A stretch of DNA of 64,000 nucleotides from a bacterium (GTDB lineage: Bacteria; Patescibacteriota; Dojkabacteria; B142; OLB20), in contig JAJTYI010000004.1 in NCBI GenBank assembly GCA_021463645.1, forward strand, positions 46,277-110,276, in the 5' to 3' direction. The position numbers were made by a program, and so were the translations under genes. Positions 39,359-49,911 of the stretch are shown piece by piece. A model generated the notes under the pieces. That model saw only the letters and a list, made by a program, of their open reading frames with translations, was not told the DNA's origin and made no database searches. Within the stretch, counting starts at the first letter, position 1. Each line of letters begins with the position of its first letter.

Positions 39359-41230
39359 ATGGACCAGAACAAAATTAGAAACATAGCAATAATTGCCCAC
39401 GTAGATCATGGGAAGACAACTCTTGTTGATGCGTTTTTGAAGCAGACTCATGTTTTTCGTGAAAACCAAGATGAGATGAATCAGAGCATGATCCTTGATA
39501 CTGGAGATTTGGAGAGAGAAAAGGGGATTACAATCAAAGCGAAAAATGTTTCTGTTGAATACAACGGCTATCACATAAATATTATCGATACTCCTGGACA
39601 TGCCGATTTTGGAGGGGAAGTAGAAAGAACTTTGAACATGGCAGAGGGTTGTTTAATAATCGTTGATGCACAAGAAGGTCCTATGCCTCAAACAAGATTT
39701 GTTTTGAAAAAAGCATTAGAATTCAAGTTGAAACCTATTGTTGTAATTAATAAGATTGATAAAACCGCTGCTAATCTACATAAAACACTGTCAAGAATTC
39801 AAGATTTGTTTCTAACATTGGCTACAGAGGATGATCAACTCGAATTCCCAGTATTCTATGCAATTGCAAGAGATGGGAAAGTTTGGGATGAAATTCCAGA
39901 TGATACAAATTCCGATGCGAATATTAAAGGTTTGCTAGATAAGATTGTTGAATATATCCCTGCGCCAGAGGGTGATGCACAAGCACCCTTTAAATTTCAG
40001 ATAACTTCAGTTGATTATGATTCACACGTCGGAAATTATCTAATCGGTAAGGTTTTGAGTGGAACTATAAAGTTAGAAGATGGCGTTGTTGTATCTCTCC
40101 CCGGACCCGAAAAACCTGAAATTCAAACGCGAGGGAAAGTTAAGCAAATTCTAGTGAAACAAGGTTTGGGATTTACACCAGTTGAGAAAGCATCTACAGG
40201 AGAGATTGTTGCCTTGGTAGGAATCGACTCAAGAGCAATCGGTGCTACCGTCAGTACTCCTGATAATATCGAACCATTACCTGTTATAGAAATTTCCGAA
40301 CCATCAGTAAGAATTAAGATTGAAGCGAATACTTCTCCATTTGTAGGAAAAGACGGAGAATTTGTAACCGCAAAGCAATTACAGCAAAGACTTGAGAAAG
40401 AAGCAGTTCAAAATATTTCATTAAATATTGAGAAAACAGATCAAGGTTCGTTTTACGTCGCCGGAAGAGGTGATTTACAACTATCAATCTTACTAGAAGA
40501 GTTGCGTAGAGAGGGTTTCGAACTTCAGGTCAGACGACCAGAGGTCATCACTAAAGTGATAGATGGCAAGAAATACGAGCCACTTGAGGAACTATTCATT
40601 GAAGTACCTGAAGAATATGGAGGAACAGTATTAAATACTGTAAGTGGTAGAAAAGGCGAGATGATTTCTATGGATACCGACGCAGGTAGAACTTATTTCT
40701 CATATAAAATTTTGACATCAAATCTACTTGGTTTACGAAATATTCTTATCACCGAAACCAAGGGGAACTTGATAATGCATAACTCTATGTTAGAGTTTGT
40801 CGAGCAAGGTCCAAAGGTTGAGTTTTTCAGAAGGGGAGCAATAGTTTCTTCTGACACAGGAGTAACAGCAGCATATTCACTTAATACTATTCAGGAAAGA
40901 GGAGAATTATTCGTAGTTCCAGCTACTGAAGTCTATGAAGGTATGATCATTGGAATCAATAAATACGAAGAAGATCTAGAGGTTAATCCTACAAAAGAAA
41001 GAGCTAAATCAGGAGTTAGGAGAAATCAGGCTGAAATTACGCAAATACAGCTCAAGGCTCCAAAGCAACTCACGCTTGAGTTTGCACTATTTTTCTTAGC
41101 GAAAGATGAAATTCTTGAGGTAACCCCCAAGAATCTACGCTTAAGAAAACAATATTTGACTAAAACTGAGAGAATCTGGTCAAAACGTAAGAATTTGTCG
41201 GAGATTGCTAAACAAAACCTAGCAGTTTAA
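39359..41230 (+). CDS. typA: translational GTPase TypA/BipA
   Basis: [17 protein letters not shown] (G1), DTPGHADF (G3), NKID (G4); 623 aa, with length and domain order as in BipA. Confidence 0.9.
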   Translation: MDQNKIRNIAIIAHVDHGKTTLVDAFLKQTHVFRENQDEMNQSMILDTGDLEREKGITIKAKNVSVEYNGYHINIIDTPGHADFGGEVERTLNMAEGCLIIVDAQEGPMPQTRFVLKKALEFKLKPIVVINKIDKTAANLHKTLSRIQDLFLTLATEDDQLEFPVFYAIARDGKVWDEIPDDTNSDANIKGLLDKIVEYIPAPEGDAQAPFKFQITSVDYDSHVGNYLIGKVLSGTIKLEDGVVVSLPGPEKPEIQTRGKVKQILVKQGLGFTPVEKASTGEIVALVGIDSRAIGATVSTPDNIEPLPVIEISEPSVRIKIEANTSPFVGKDGEFVTAKQLQQRLEKEAVQNISLNIEKTDQGSFYVAGRGDLQLSILLEELRREGFELQVRRPEVITKVIDGKKYEPLEELFIEVPEEYGGTVLNTVSGRKGEMISMDTDAGRTYFSYKILTSNLLGLRNILITETKGNLIMHNSMLEFVEQGPKVEFFRRGAIVSSDTGVTAAYSLNTIQERGELFVVPATEVYEGMIIGINKYEEDLEVNPTKERAKSGVRRNQAEITQIQLKAPKQLTLEFALFFLAKDEILEVTPKNLRLRKQYLTKTERIWSKRKNLSEIAKQNLAV

Positions 41231-41347
41231 GACATCATTCACGGATATTTCCACCTTTATACATACATACCTGGGAAACCAAGATTCCTTTCTTGCTCGG
41301 CTATTACTCATGATATATAATAAGATAATTAATACATCACTGATTAA

Positions 41348-42523
41348 GTGAAATTTTTCCTCGAGCAATTAAATAAATTCCAAAACAATGATCTTGCCAA
41401 ACTCTTAGTAATTGCAATATTGCTTCGACTGGTTTTATTCTTAGTGATGCTTAGTACTAGGATACAGGCTGATTATTATCAAAACTCGGGAGAAGCTCTA
41501 AACTCAATGTTAAATATCTGGGTAATGTGGGATTCTGGTTGGTATCTTGACATTATTAATAGTGGTTATCATTTATCAACAATTACTATAGGGCCTGAGG
41601 CCGGACAAGCAAATTATGCATTCTTTCCTCTTTATCCCTTGCTGACAAAATTCTTAGGAATGATTTTTCTAGGAAATTATGTACTTGCGGGAGTAATTAT
41701 CTCCAATATCTCTTGGATTGCAGGAATTGTTTATCTATACAAATTGACAAAGGAGTTATTTAATAGTACGGCTGGTCTGCAGGCCGTAAAGTTTATGATC
41801 GTTTTCCCCACAGCATTTTTGTTTAGTGCAATGTTTACAGAAAGTCTGTTCTTTGCTCTACTTTGTGCGACTTTGTATTACTCATTGCAAACAAATTGGA
41901 AATTATCGTTAATCTTGGCAATCCTTTTAGCTCTCACAAGGAACATGGGTATTTGGGTTGTTATTCCCATGTTCTTTTTCTATCTTGAGAAGAATATTAA
42001 AGATGAGAAATATGATTTGAGAAATATTGTGAAAGCAATCTGGTCTCCAAATATATTGACTTTGTTCTGTATACCCTTATCAGTCTTCTGCTTTATGTAT
42101 TACATCTCAACAATTACTGGTGACATTTTTTCGGTAATTGAGATTCAAGGAGCATGGGGAAGGGAGCTTTCTAATCCGATGATGAATATATTACGAGGTT
42201 TGCAAGGAGGTTTTGAAGGGATGTTCGTGAGTATTTTTACAATCATCTGTCTCGTTTTTTTTGTCTTGGGTTATTCAAGGATACCGAAAAGTTTGTTTAT
42301 ATTAGGATTATTAATGTTTATATTTCCTCTATTAAATAGTCCTCAAGTATTTCATCTACTTTCTTTACCAAGGTATATATTGGTAATTTTGCCTCTTTAC
42401 ATAGTATTCGCAACCTTAATTAAAAAGGATACTCAACTTGAGAAAATAATACTAGCGTCATGTCTGATACTTCAGACATTCTTGGCTATACAATGGACAA
42501 CGTATAATGTACTTTTAGTTTGA
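41348..42523 (+). CDS. polytopic membrane protein, PIG-V/GT-C mannosyltransferase-like
   Basis: WDSGWYLDIINSGY motif after the first TM; about 10 TM helices; GTG start. Confidence 0.5.
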   Translation: MKFFLEQLNKFQNNDLAKLLVIAILLRLVLFLVMLSTRIQADYYQNSGEALNSMLNIWVMWDSGWYLDIINSGYHLSTITIGPEAGQANYAFFPLYPLLTKFLGMIFLGNYVLAGVIISNISWIAGIVYLYKLTKELFNSTAGLQAVKFMIVFPTAFLFSAMFTESLFFALLCATLYYSLQTNWKLSLILAILLALTRNMGIWVVIPMFFFYLEKNIKDEKYDLRNIVKAIWSPNILTLFCIPLSVFCFMYYISTITGDIFSVIEIQGAWGRELSNPMMNILRGLQGGFEGMFVSIFTIICLVFFVLGYSRIPKSLFILGLLMFIFPLLNSPQVFHLLSLPRYILVILPLYIVFATLIKKDTQLEKIILASCLILQTFLAIQWTTYNVLLV

Positions 42524-42796
42524 TTAACATAATCAACTAAACTTGATTAACCTCTTCTATATTTATTGCTACTTTTACTGCACAAACGTCAAAGATTTCC
42601 CTTTCTCCGCCATTCCACTCCATTAAAACCGACTATCTCTGCATCATAATAGACTATATAACAGATTTCCTTGTTTCGGTTAAACCTATAACCATAATAC
42701 AGAAAAATTTAACAGATAGAATTATCTTTGCGGGGATTGTCTAATTAGCCTTCCATATGGTATTATTCAACACATATTTATTAGTTATATATCATC

Positions 42797-43006
42797 ATGG
42801 GAATTATTGGAGGTTGTCCGGGCTCAGTCTTGGGACTTCATAACTTTGGTCGATGGACTGTATCAAGTATTGATTCATCAAGTGGTGGAGAAGGTGAAAA
42901 TAATGGAAGAGGAACAGGAGTATTTCAGAAAACTTTGGTTACAATGGTTAGATATTGCATAAATCCAGGTTGTAATGCCGTAGATACAAAGGTTGTGAGA
43001 AAATAA
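42797..43006 (+). CDS. hypothetical small Gly/Cys-containing protein
   Basis: 69-aa ORF only. Confidence 0.3.
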   Translation: MGIIGGCPGSVLGLHNFGRWTVSSIDSSSGGEGENNGRGTGVFQKTLVTMVRYCINPGCNAVDTKVVRK

Positions 43007-43127
43007 TCTGAAATAAATTTCTGATTACGGGGAAGTAGAATCACTCAAATACTTTTGACCTTAAACTCAATTGCGAATAAGATTTACTCCCCACTAATGT
43101 TACATAATGACCTGTTCTTGGCTAGCC

Positions 43128-44309
43128 TTATTGAACAAACGTCAACGCTTTCCCCATCTTATTCCCTCTGCCAGTTCTACCGATTCTATGAACATAGTCG
43201 GTGTAGTTGTCAGGAGCTTCGAAGTTTATCACATGTGATACGTTTGGGATGTCGAGGCCACGAGCCGCAACATCAGTGGCAACTAGAATATTCACTCTGT
43301 TCTCTTTGAAATTTTTAAGTGATCTTTGTCTCTGATACTGTGTTTTGTCTCCGTGTATTGACTCTGCTTTGAAGCCTCGTCTTTGTAAATCCTCTGATAA
43401 TCGGTGTACACCCATTTTGGTTCTTCCGAATATCAACACTTTTTCGAATTCTTCTTTGATTAACATATCGTGAAGAACTTCCATTTTGTTCTGACCATAG
43501 GCGACTTTGACAACATCTTGATCAACATGATCAGCTGTTTCTCTAGTTTTCACTGAGACCATTACTGGATCTTTTGAATGACTTCTGATCAACCCCTCGA
43601 TTTTGTTATCGAGTGTGGCTGAGAAGAAAAGAGATTGTCGACTTTGTGGTAATTGGCTTAAAATGAATTTAATATCATCTACAAAGCCCATATCAAACAT
43701 ACGATCAACTTCGTCTAGAACAATATTTGTGAATCTACTGAAGTTTAAAGCACGTCTTTTTTCTAAGTCTAAAAGTCTACCTGGTGTACCAATTACGAAT
43801 TGATTATTCATTCTCAACTTATATATTTGTTGATTGATACTGGTTCCTCCGATACATACAACTTTGTTTACACCAATTCTGTAGGTAAGTGCATGCAGAT
43901 CCTCTTCGATCTGAACAGCAAGCTCTCTAGTTGGTGCGATAATAAGTACCTTTTCGTTTTCTAAATTCATAACCTTCTCTAACATCGGCACTAAGAATGC
44001 TAATGTTTTTCCAGTTCCAGTATTTGCAATACCGATAAGATCTTTACCTTGAAGTAAATGCGGAATCGCTTGATCTTGAATAGGCATTGGTTTATGAAAA
44101 CCTTTGTATTTCAGATTTGATTTAAGTTCGGGACTAATATTGAAGTCCTCGAAAGTAAATTTCGGTTCGTAGACATTTTCTTCGACAGAAGATGTAATTT
44201 TATTAATAAATAAGCTTGGGTTTACACCTTTGCTTACTTTGCGATTACTGCGTCGATTAAATCTATTCCTTCGACCATGGCTCGCTTGCCCAAAACGTTG
44301 CGTATACAT
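43128..44309 (-). CDS. DEAD-box ATP-dependent RNA helicase
   Basis: Q motif, AxTGTGKT, PTRELA, DEVD (DEAD variant), SAT and HRIGRTGR motifs. Confidence 0.9.
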   Translation of the reverse strand: MYTQRFGQASHGRRNRFNRRSNRKVSKGVNPSLFINKITSSVEENVYEPKFTFEDFNISPELKSNLKYKGFHKPMPIQDQAIPHLLQGKDLIGIANTGTGKTLAFLVPMLEKVMNLENEKVLIIAPTRELAVQIEEDLHALTYRIGVNKVVCIGGTSINQQIYKLRMNNQFVIGTPGRLLDLEKRRALNFSRFTNIVLDEVDRMFDMGFVDDIKFILSQLPQSRQSLFFSATLDNKIEGLIRSHSKDPVMVSVKTRETADHVDQDVVKVAYGQNKMEVLHDMLIKEEFEKVLIFGRTKMGVHRLSEDLQRRGFKAESIHGDKTQYQRQRSLKNFKENRVNILVATDVAARGLDIPNVSHVINFEAPDNYTDYVHRIGRTGRGNKMGKALTFVQ

Positions 44310-44586
44310 TTATGTATATATAAAGAATTTAACTAAATTCCAGTTTAATGATGAAATAACCTGCTTGTGGCAGTCAGGTTCGAAGGAGATATGCTTATGC
44401 AGAGTAACTTGTACTTTTTTGTCCTAAAAACCTTTATGATTCAAATCAAAATGGCTAGATAGATTATATCACTATTCTTTCGTTTATGGTAATCGACAAT
44501 AAAAACTATTATTCAGAGAATGAAGAAAAAATCCTTAAATTTAATATTATAATGTATAATCGCAATATATTTATTAATTTAATATT

Positions 44587-44877
44587 ATGAGTATTTCGGG
44601 TTCACCAGAAGGTGGAGGTCAAAACATCGTAGAATTAGTTGTTCAAATGCAATTCGATTCCTTTTACTCTCGCTTGGATCCGGAGATTAGAATAGATAAC
44701 AGTCTATATCTTTTGTCTAATCAGGACTGGTATGTTTTGCGAGGTTGTTTCCGAGCTGGTTGTATAACCTATCAAGAAGGCAAGAAACTTAAAACAGATA
44801 CAAATCCTTACAATTTTCTTGCTAAAGAAGCTGGGTGGCAAGCAATGAATGATATTTCATTATCCCCAGGAATATGA
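44587..44877 (+). CDS. hypothetical protein
   Basis: 96-aa ORF only. Confidence 0.35.
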   Translation: MSISGSPEGGGQNIVELVVQMQFDSFYSRLDPEIRIDNSLYLLSNQDWYVLRGCFRAGCITYQEGKKLKTDTNPYNFLAKEAGWQAMNDISLSPGI

Positions 44878-45132
44878 TAAAAATCTAAGTTCATAGTTTG
44901 CTAAGTAAAATTTGTGTGTGAAGGTTCCTTTTAAAAATGTAATTTGGTTCTTACCTTTCATTTTGTTAACACTTTTGAAGCATAGGAAGTCGAGAAAACA
45001 TATTATAAAACAGAATTTAAGTTGAGTTTAGTTGAGGGGAGGATGAAGTTTTATTGATACCTAAAGTGCAAGTTTAGGCAGTAAAAATAGAGGCAAGTTT
45101 ATCGTTTATCGAGAACATGGTTACTCAATTTA

Positions 45133-45336
45133 TTAATATAAATTAGTGGCACCTTTCATTTTGTATCTTTCTTCAAGTTCTTCCCATGAAAGTGCTGAAA
45201 CTGGTTTTGTCCAAGCTAGTGTAACTTCGTTTAACGATGTAGCTTTTATATTGTCTACGGTAGTGGTGTAGAATCTTGGCTGGTAAACACCGTCTAATAC
45301 TTTTGTCTCAAAATGTGTACTTTGTCTATTTCTCAT
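45133..45336 (-). CDS. hypothetical small protein
   Basis: 67-aa ORF; in tandem with 45380-45586. Confidence 0.4.
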   Translation of the reverse strand: MRNRQSTHFETKVLDGVYQPRFYTTTVDNIKATSLNEVTLAWTKPVSALSWEELEERYKMKGATNLY

Positions 45337-45379
45337 TGTGGGTAGTTAATAATTAAAAATATATTAATTTGTGTAATTC

Positions 45380-45586
45380 TTAAAGCATTTCAACAATCAT
45401 GTAATCTGTTGGAAGTTCTGATAACCAATCTTTTGTAGCCTTGTAAGTTGCACCGTTACTTTTTGGAGTATTTTTCTTTTCAATAACTGTTCGAAAAGCA
45501 AGCTTTGGTCCTGACATTTTTATAAATTTTGACTTGATGCTATCAAGTTCTTGTTCTTGTGAGATTGTTTTATTTACTTTGTACAT
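45380..45586 (-). CDS. hypothetical small protein
   Basis: 68-aa ORF; in tandem with 45133-45336. Confidence 0.4.
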   Translation of the reverse strand: MYKVNKTISQEQELDSIKSKFIKMSGPKLAFRTVIEKKNTPKSNGATYKATKDWLSELPTDYMIVEML

Positions 45587-45662
45587 AATGGTTAATTAAA
45601 AATTATGTACATAGTGTAGTTAAACTCTATGAAAGAAACATTTTAGAATTGTAATGATTGTG

Positions 45663-47513
45663 TTAAGAATTTTGCTTGAGGGGAAGTGTATAACTGAAAG
45701 TTGCACCTTTTCCGAATTCACTCTCTACATTAATTTGTCCATGATGAGCTTTCACAATTTCTTTCGATATAAATAGTCCGAGTCCGAGGCCTTCAATATT
45801 TCCTTTTGCCTTGTCGATTTGAAAGAATTTCGTAAATATTTTATCTAATTTTTCTGGGTGTATACCTTTACCAAAATCTTGTACAGATATTTTTACTTCA
45901 TCGTTTTCATCCTCAATTCTAACAATTATTTTACCTTTACTTGGAGAGTGTTTAATAGCATTCGTAAGTAAATTCATTGTGACTTGATTGATTCGATTTG
46001 GGTCCGCTTCAATCAATTTATCTGAAATCGTGCTTTCAAACTTTACTGTTCGACCCTTTAATATGGGATTTACAGCTAATATTGATTTCTTGACGTGGTC
46101 GACAATATCGAATTCTTTTATATTAAGTTTGAATTTATTGGTTTCGATTCTGCTGATGTCTAGCATAACATTAAGTAAATCGGTGAGCTTATTCACTTCG
46201 CGAGTTAGCACTGACATATATTTAGGGAAATCCTTATAATTATTAACCGTGGATTTTTGATTGAGTAGTTGTAGGTATCCTTTGATTATTGTCAATGGGG
46301 TTTTTATTTCGTGACTAGCGATACTAATAAATTCGTCCTTTTTTCTTTCTAATTTCTTTTGCTCGGTAAGGTCTACAAATAAGAATAGGAAAGACTTTTC
46401 ATCGGGATCAACTATAATTCCGCTAAGTAATACCGGGACAAGTGAACCATCTTTGTGTGCGATTTCGATTTCGATCGGACCCCCATAGCCGTATTTGAGG
46501 ATCTTCTTGATTGTGTCAGATTTTTGTTGGTGGTATGTGACAGGTACTACAGATATCAAGTCTAAATTTTTCTCTTTGACTTCACTCATCTTATAACCCA
46601 ACATTTTTAGGAATTTACGATTTGCATTCGTAATATGTCTTTCCGAATCAGTGAAAATTAAACCAACGATGTTAGAGTGAATGAAATTTGAGAATAAGAC
46701 TTGTTCTTTTTTTGCGCTCTTTTCGGATTTCTTCTTATCGGAGATATCTGTAGCAGAGATTATTAGAAATGGGTTTGAGTCGTCTGTATTTATCAGCGTA
46801 ACAATTACATTAACGTATATCTTGGTTTTTTCAGACAGGTGGAGTATATCTTCATAATTAGAAGTTTTGAGATCTGTAATATTCTCAATAGTTTTTATTA
46901 AATGTTCTTTTGAACCTGTAGAGTTGTTCCAAGGTGAACACTCGTAAATCTTCTTCCCTAGTAATTCATTTTCACCACCGGGAACTAATATTGAAAATGC
47001 TTTGTTTACTTCTAGCACTGTTCCATCTGTACTTGTTACTGCGAAGATTGTAGTGTTTTCTTCTGTAACATATTTAAATTTTTGTCTGGCATATTCTAGG
47101 TTTCTAGACGTCTTTCGTAGTTCTTTAAGATTATTAATAAATTTGGAGGTAACATATGCGATTATCAGTGACTGTATGAAAAACTCAATAGTAGGGACGA
47201 GGTAGGCAAAATCTGTTAATTTGAATGTTCCTGATGGTTGCATAAGGAAATAATGTGAACCGAGAGTGGTGATAATAACAGCAGAAAGACCAGCGTAAAA
47301 CTTCCCACTCATTGAATGTAAGATAACTACTAGTGTAAGAAGCTGAAAAGGGGCAGGGTACAGCCCTATTTCCAAATGAGTTCTGGAGAATATGATTATT
47401 GATGTAGTGACAATAGGTGAAAGTAAATATATATAAAACTTCAATATATTTAGAAAAGCGGATTTAAACATTAATTTCTCTTTTTTTTCTTTAATTGCTT
47501 TCTGGAACTCCAT
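45663..47513 (-). CDS. sensor histidine kinase (membrane DUF4118-like N-terminus, 2 PAS-like regions, HisKA, HATPase_c)
   Basis: H-box SIASHEIKTPLTIIKGYLQLL; N box LLTNAIKHS; G boxes DFGKGI, GLGLGL. Confidence 0.85.
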   Translation of the reverse strand: MEFQKAIKEKKEKLMFKSAFLNILKFYIYLLSPIVTTSIIIFSRTHLEIGLYPAPFQLLTLVVILHSMSGKFYAGLSAVIITTLGSHYFLMQPSGTFKLTDFAYLVPTIEFFIQSLIIAYVTSKFINNLKELRKTSRNLEYARQKFKYVTEENTTIFAVTSTDGTVLEVNKAFSILVPGGENELLGKKIYECSPWNNSTGSKEHLIKTIENITDLKTSNYEDILHLSEKTKIYVNVIVTLINTDDSNPFLIISATDISDKKKSEKSAKKEQVLFSNFIHSNIVGLIFTDSERHITNANRKFLKMLGYKMSEVKEKNLDLISVVPVTYHQQKSDTIKKILKYGYGGPIEIEIAHKDGSLVPVLLSGIIVDPDEKSFLFLFVDLTEQKKLERKKDEFISIASHEIKTPLTIIKGYLQLLNQKSTVNNYKDFPKYMSVLTREVNKLTDLLNVMLDISRIETNKFKLNIKEFDIVDHVKKSILAVNPILKGRTVKFESTISDKLIEADPNRINQVTMNLLTNAIKHSPSKGKIIVRIEDENDEVKISVQDFGKGIHPEKLDKIFTKFFQIDKAKGNIEGLGLGLFISKEIVKAHHGQINVESEFGKGATFSYTLPLKQNS

Positions 47514-47553
47514 TAATTTTTATATATATTCGTAAGATGTAGTAGAATTAATT

Positions 47554-47766
47554 ATGAAAAATAAAAATGATTTAAAAGCAAAAATACATAAAACCAAAAG
47601 CTCTATCACTGTAATTTCTGGTTATCTGCAGATGCTTAATGCAAATTTAATGAAATCTGAAGAACTTGAATTTATTGAAAAAAATCAAAAGTTAATTCAA
47701 AAAGCTAGTGATTCTTGTACCTCTTTGCTTGAACAAATCCAAAGTATCGAAAAAGACCTGAGTTAG
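47554..47766 (+). CDS. free-standing DHp (HisKA-like) mini-protein with conserved His
   Basis: KIHKTKSSITVISGYLQMLN aligns residue-for-residue with the adjacent kinase H-box ASHEIKTPLTIIKGYLQLLN; a second helix follows; 70 aa. Confidence 0.5.
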   Translation: MKNKNDLKAKIHKTKSSITVISGYLQMLNANLMKSEELEFIEKNQKLIQKASDSCTSLLEQIQSIEKDLS

Positions 47767-48443
47767 GTCTCAATCATCCTGTAGCCAAAACCTCTCAAAG
47801 ATTGTATGTAGCTAGTGTTTTTGTCCTCTAACTTCTTTCTCAATTTAGCAATATGAACGTCAACTATTCTGGTATCAATATCTGCAGAGTATCCCCAAAC
47901 AGAAAAGAGAATCTTGTCTCTAGTGCAAACTTTGTGACTATTTAGCATCAAGTACTGAAGTAATTGGAATTCTTTCCCGGTCAATGTAATCGGTTTACCA
48001 GCTTTTGTTACTTCGAGTGTTTCTGGATTTAGTACAAGGTCTTGGATTTTTAATATTTGTTTTTCATCCTCAATACCAGTATTGCGAAGCTTACTTTTAA
48101 CTCTAGCTATAAGCTCATCATTGTTGAATGGTTTGGTGATATAGTCGTCTGCACCCATATTTAGACAACGAATCAACATGTCTTTTGAATCATCCCCGGT
48201 AAGAATAACAATAGGTAATGTCTCGTGTATTTTACGAATTTCCCCACAAAGGGAAGAACCATGTATGTCTTCTAATCCTAAATCAAGGAGGATGAGTTTC
48301 GGGGTTTCATTCTTGAGGTATTTGAGTCCAGCAAGACCAGAGGTAAAGCCTTTTACGTTCATTTCTTCTGTTGTTTTGAATAACTCCTGCAAATATTCAA
48401 GGAGTTGTTTGTCGTCGTCAATTACTACTATTGTTGGTACCAT
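47763..48443 (-). CDS. OmpR-family response regulator
   Basis: Receiver domain (VVIDDD...LDLGL...K) plus winged helix (VDVHIAKLRKKL...GFGY); start at 48443 (MVPTIVV) or 48476. Confidence 0.85.
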   Translation of the reverse strand: MVPTIVVIDDDKQLLEYLQELFKTTEEMNVKGFTSGLAGLKYLKNETPKLILLDLGLEDIHGSSLCGEIRKIHETLPIVILTGDDSKDMLIRCLNMGADDYITKPFNNDELIARVKSKLRNTGIEDEKQILKIQDLVLNPETLEVTKAGKPITLTGKEFQLLQYLMLNSHKVCTRDKILFSVWGYSADIDTRIVDVHIAKLRKKLEDKNTSYIQSLRGFGYRMIET

Positions 48444-48801
48444 CTGATAGTTCTTTAATTTTAGATTGAAACTCAATTATATCAAATGGTTTCTTTAAAT
48501 AGTCGTTTACTTCAAGTTTTTTCACTACTTCGTCAAGATTTGTATCTGCAGAAACCACTAAAATCGGGACTTTGGGGTATTTCTTTTTCGTTTCTATGAT
48601 AACATCGTCGGCTTTTCCGTCACTAAGCCAGTAATCCATGATTACTATGTCTACTTTTTCCGTAGACATGAGCTCTTTGACACTTTCTTGGTTATCGCAT
48701 TTCATAACTTCGAAGTCCATATCCTCTAACATGATCTCCATAAGATCTTGTATTCCTGGATCGTCTTCGCAAACTAGTACATTCATTTCATCATCATACA
48801 T
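48418..48801 (-). CDS. single-domain (CheY-like) response regulator
   Basis: 127 aa; receiver only (VLVCEDD...IVIMDYWL...KP). Confidence 0.8.
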   Translation of the reverse strand: MYDDEMNVLVCEDDPGIQDLMEIMLEDMDFEVMKCDNQESVKELMSTEKVDIVIMDYWLSDGKADDVIIETKKKYPKVPILVVSADTNLDEVVKKLEVNDYLKKPFDIIEFQSKIKELSDGTNNSSN

Positions 48802-48970
48802 TTGAATTAACTCGCATAAATTATAAACTATTATAGGTGATGGATTGTGAAGCTTCTGTTAATTTTGTGTAAATTCGGCTTCTATTTTGATTTTCCATCA
48901 CTTTTTTCATCGCTAGAATTACTTCTAGCAGGTGTTGACTTGAATATTTCAACATCAATCATCTTTTGAA

Positions 48971-49510
48971 TCAAAGTCGCGCTTCCTCTGGCATAAATAT
49001 ATTCGCTAGGACATAATTCTTCGTACTAACAAGTTCGTCAATTTGCATCAAGTAAATATGTCCAAAATTATAAGCTCTCCCGACAAATGATTTTTCAATT
49101 CTAATGTGGTCAAAGTCATTCATTGTTAAAAGTAACTTGTTTCTATAAAAGAATCCTTCTTTAACTAATATCTTTCCTGGTATTTGGTCGATTGTATTCA
49201 AAGTAGTCTTTTGAATTGAGCCAGGTATTAATGTGTAACTTACAGATTGATAATTAAGGTAGCTCAGAACGAAATATACAAGATAAAAACCGACAAATAA
49301 ACTTATTACAATCATATTTACAGGTATTGCAATCGAGTCGAGGTAATCTGAAAGAAACATCATTAATAATATGAATACAAATAGTAATACAGCTAGTAAT
49401 ACAAATACCGAGAATAGGTTCGTGTAGAGAGGGATTACACTCCTTTTAATTAGTAATTCCTCTGATGGTTCTCTAACTACTTCTTCCTTAACTTCGGGAT
49501 CGTTATTCAC
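48971..49510 (-). CDS. membrane protein with bacterial PH (bPH_2/YdbT-like) domain
   Basis: Two TM helices followed by an approximately 80-aa region resembling membrane-flanked bPH domains; GTG start. Confidence 0.4.
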   Translation of the reverse strand: MNNDPEVKEEVVREPSEELLIKRSVIPLYTNLFSVFVLLAVLLFVFILLMMFLSDYLDSIAIPVNMIVISLFVGFYLVYFVLSYLNYQSVSYTLIPGSIQKTTLNTIDQIPGKILVKEGFFYRNKLLLTMNDFDHIRIEKSFVGRAYNFGHIYLMQIDELVSTKNYVLANIFMPEEARL

Positions 49511-49646
49511 TTATTATTGTCAATTAATTATTATTTTCTATTAAGTATATGGGGGAAAGTTTGAGAGAAAGTATTTGTACTGTAAAGATTTTGTAAATCA
49601 CTCATATTATGCGTATATGAATGAATAAAACTGTTTCGGTGTTATA

Positions 49647-49859
49647 ATGAATGTTATGAATGAAGTTCGCAATGATCCGGATATGGATAGGATTACATAC
49701 GCTTTAGTTGGCGCTGTTTTGGGTATGATAGTAGGATTATTTGTAACTGAAATACATGACAAAATTCCTGGTTATCTTCCCTTAGTAACGGCAGGTATTA
49801 GTTCGGTTATTGGTTGGCGACGTGGTGGGAGCGCAACTCAAAAAACACATTCTGTATAA
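49647..49859 (+). CDS. small glycine-zipper membrane protein
   Basis: 70 aa; YALVGAVLGMIVGLFVT and LVTAGISSVIGW helices. Confidence 0.45.
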   Translation: MNVMNEVRNDPDMDRITYALVGAVLGMIVGLFVTEIHDKIPGYLPLVTAGISSVIGWRRGGSATQKTHSV

Positions 49860-49911
49860 AATATAATTGTAAGTAATAATTCTCACAATTATTGGAATTT
49901 AGTTTATTAAT

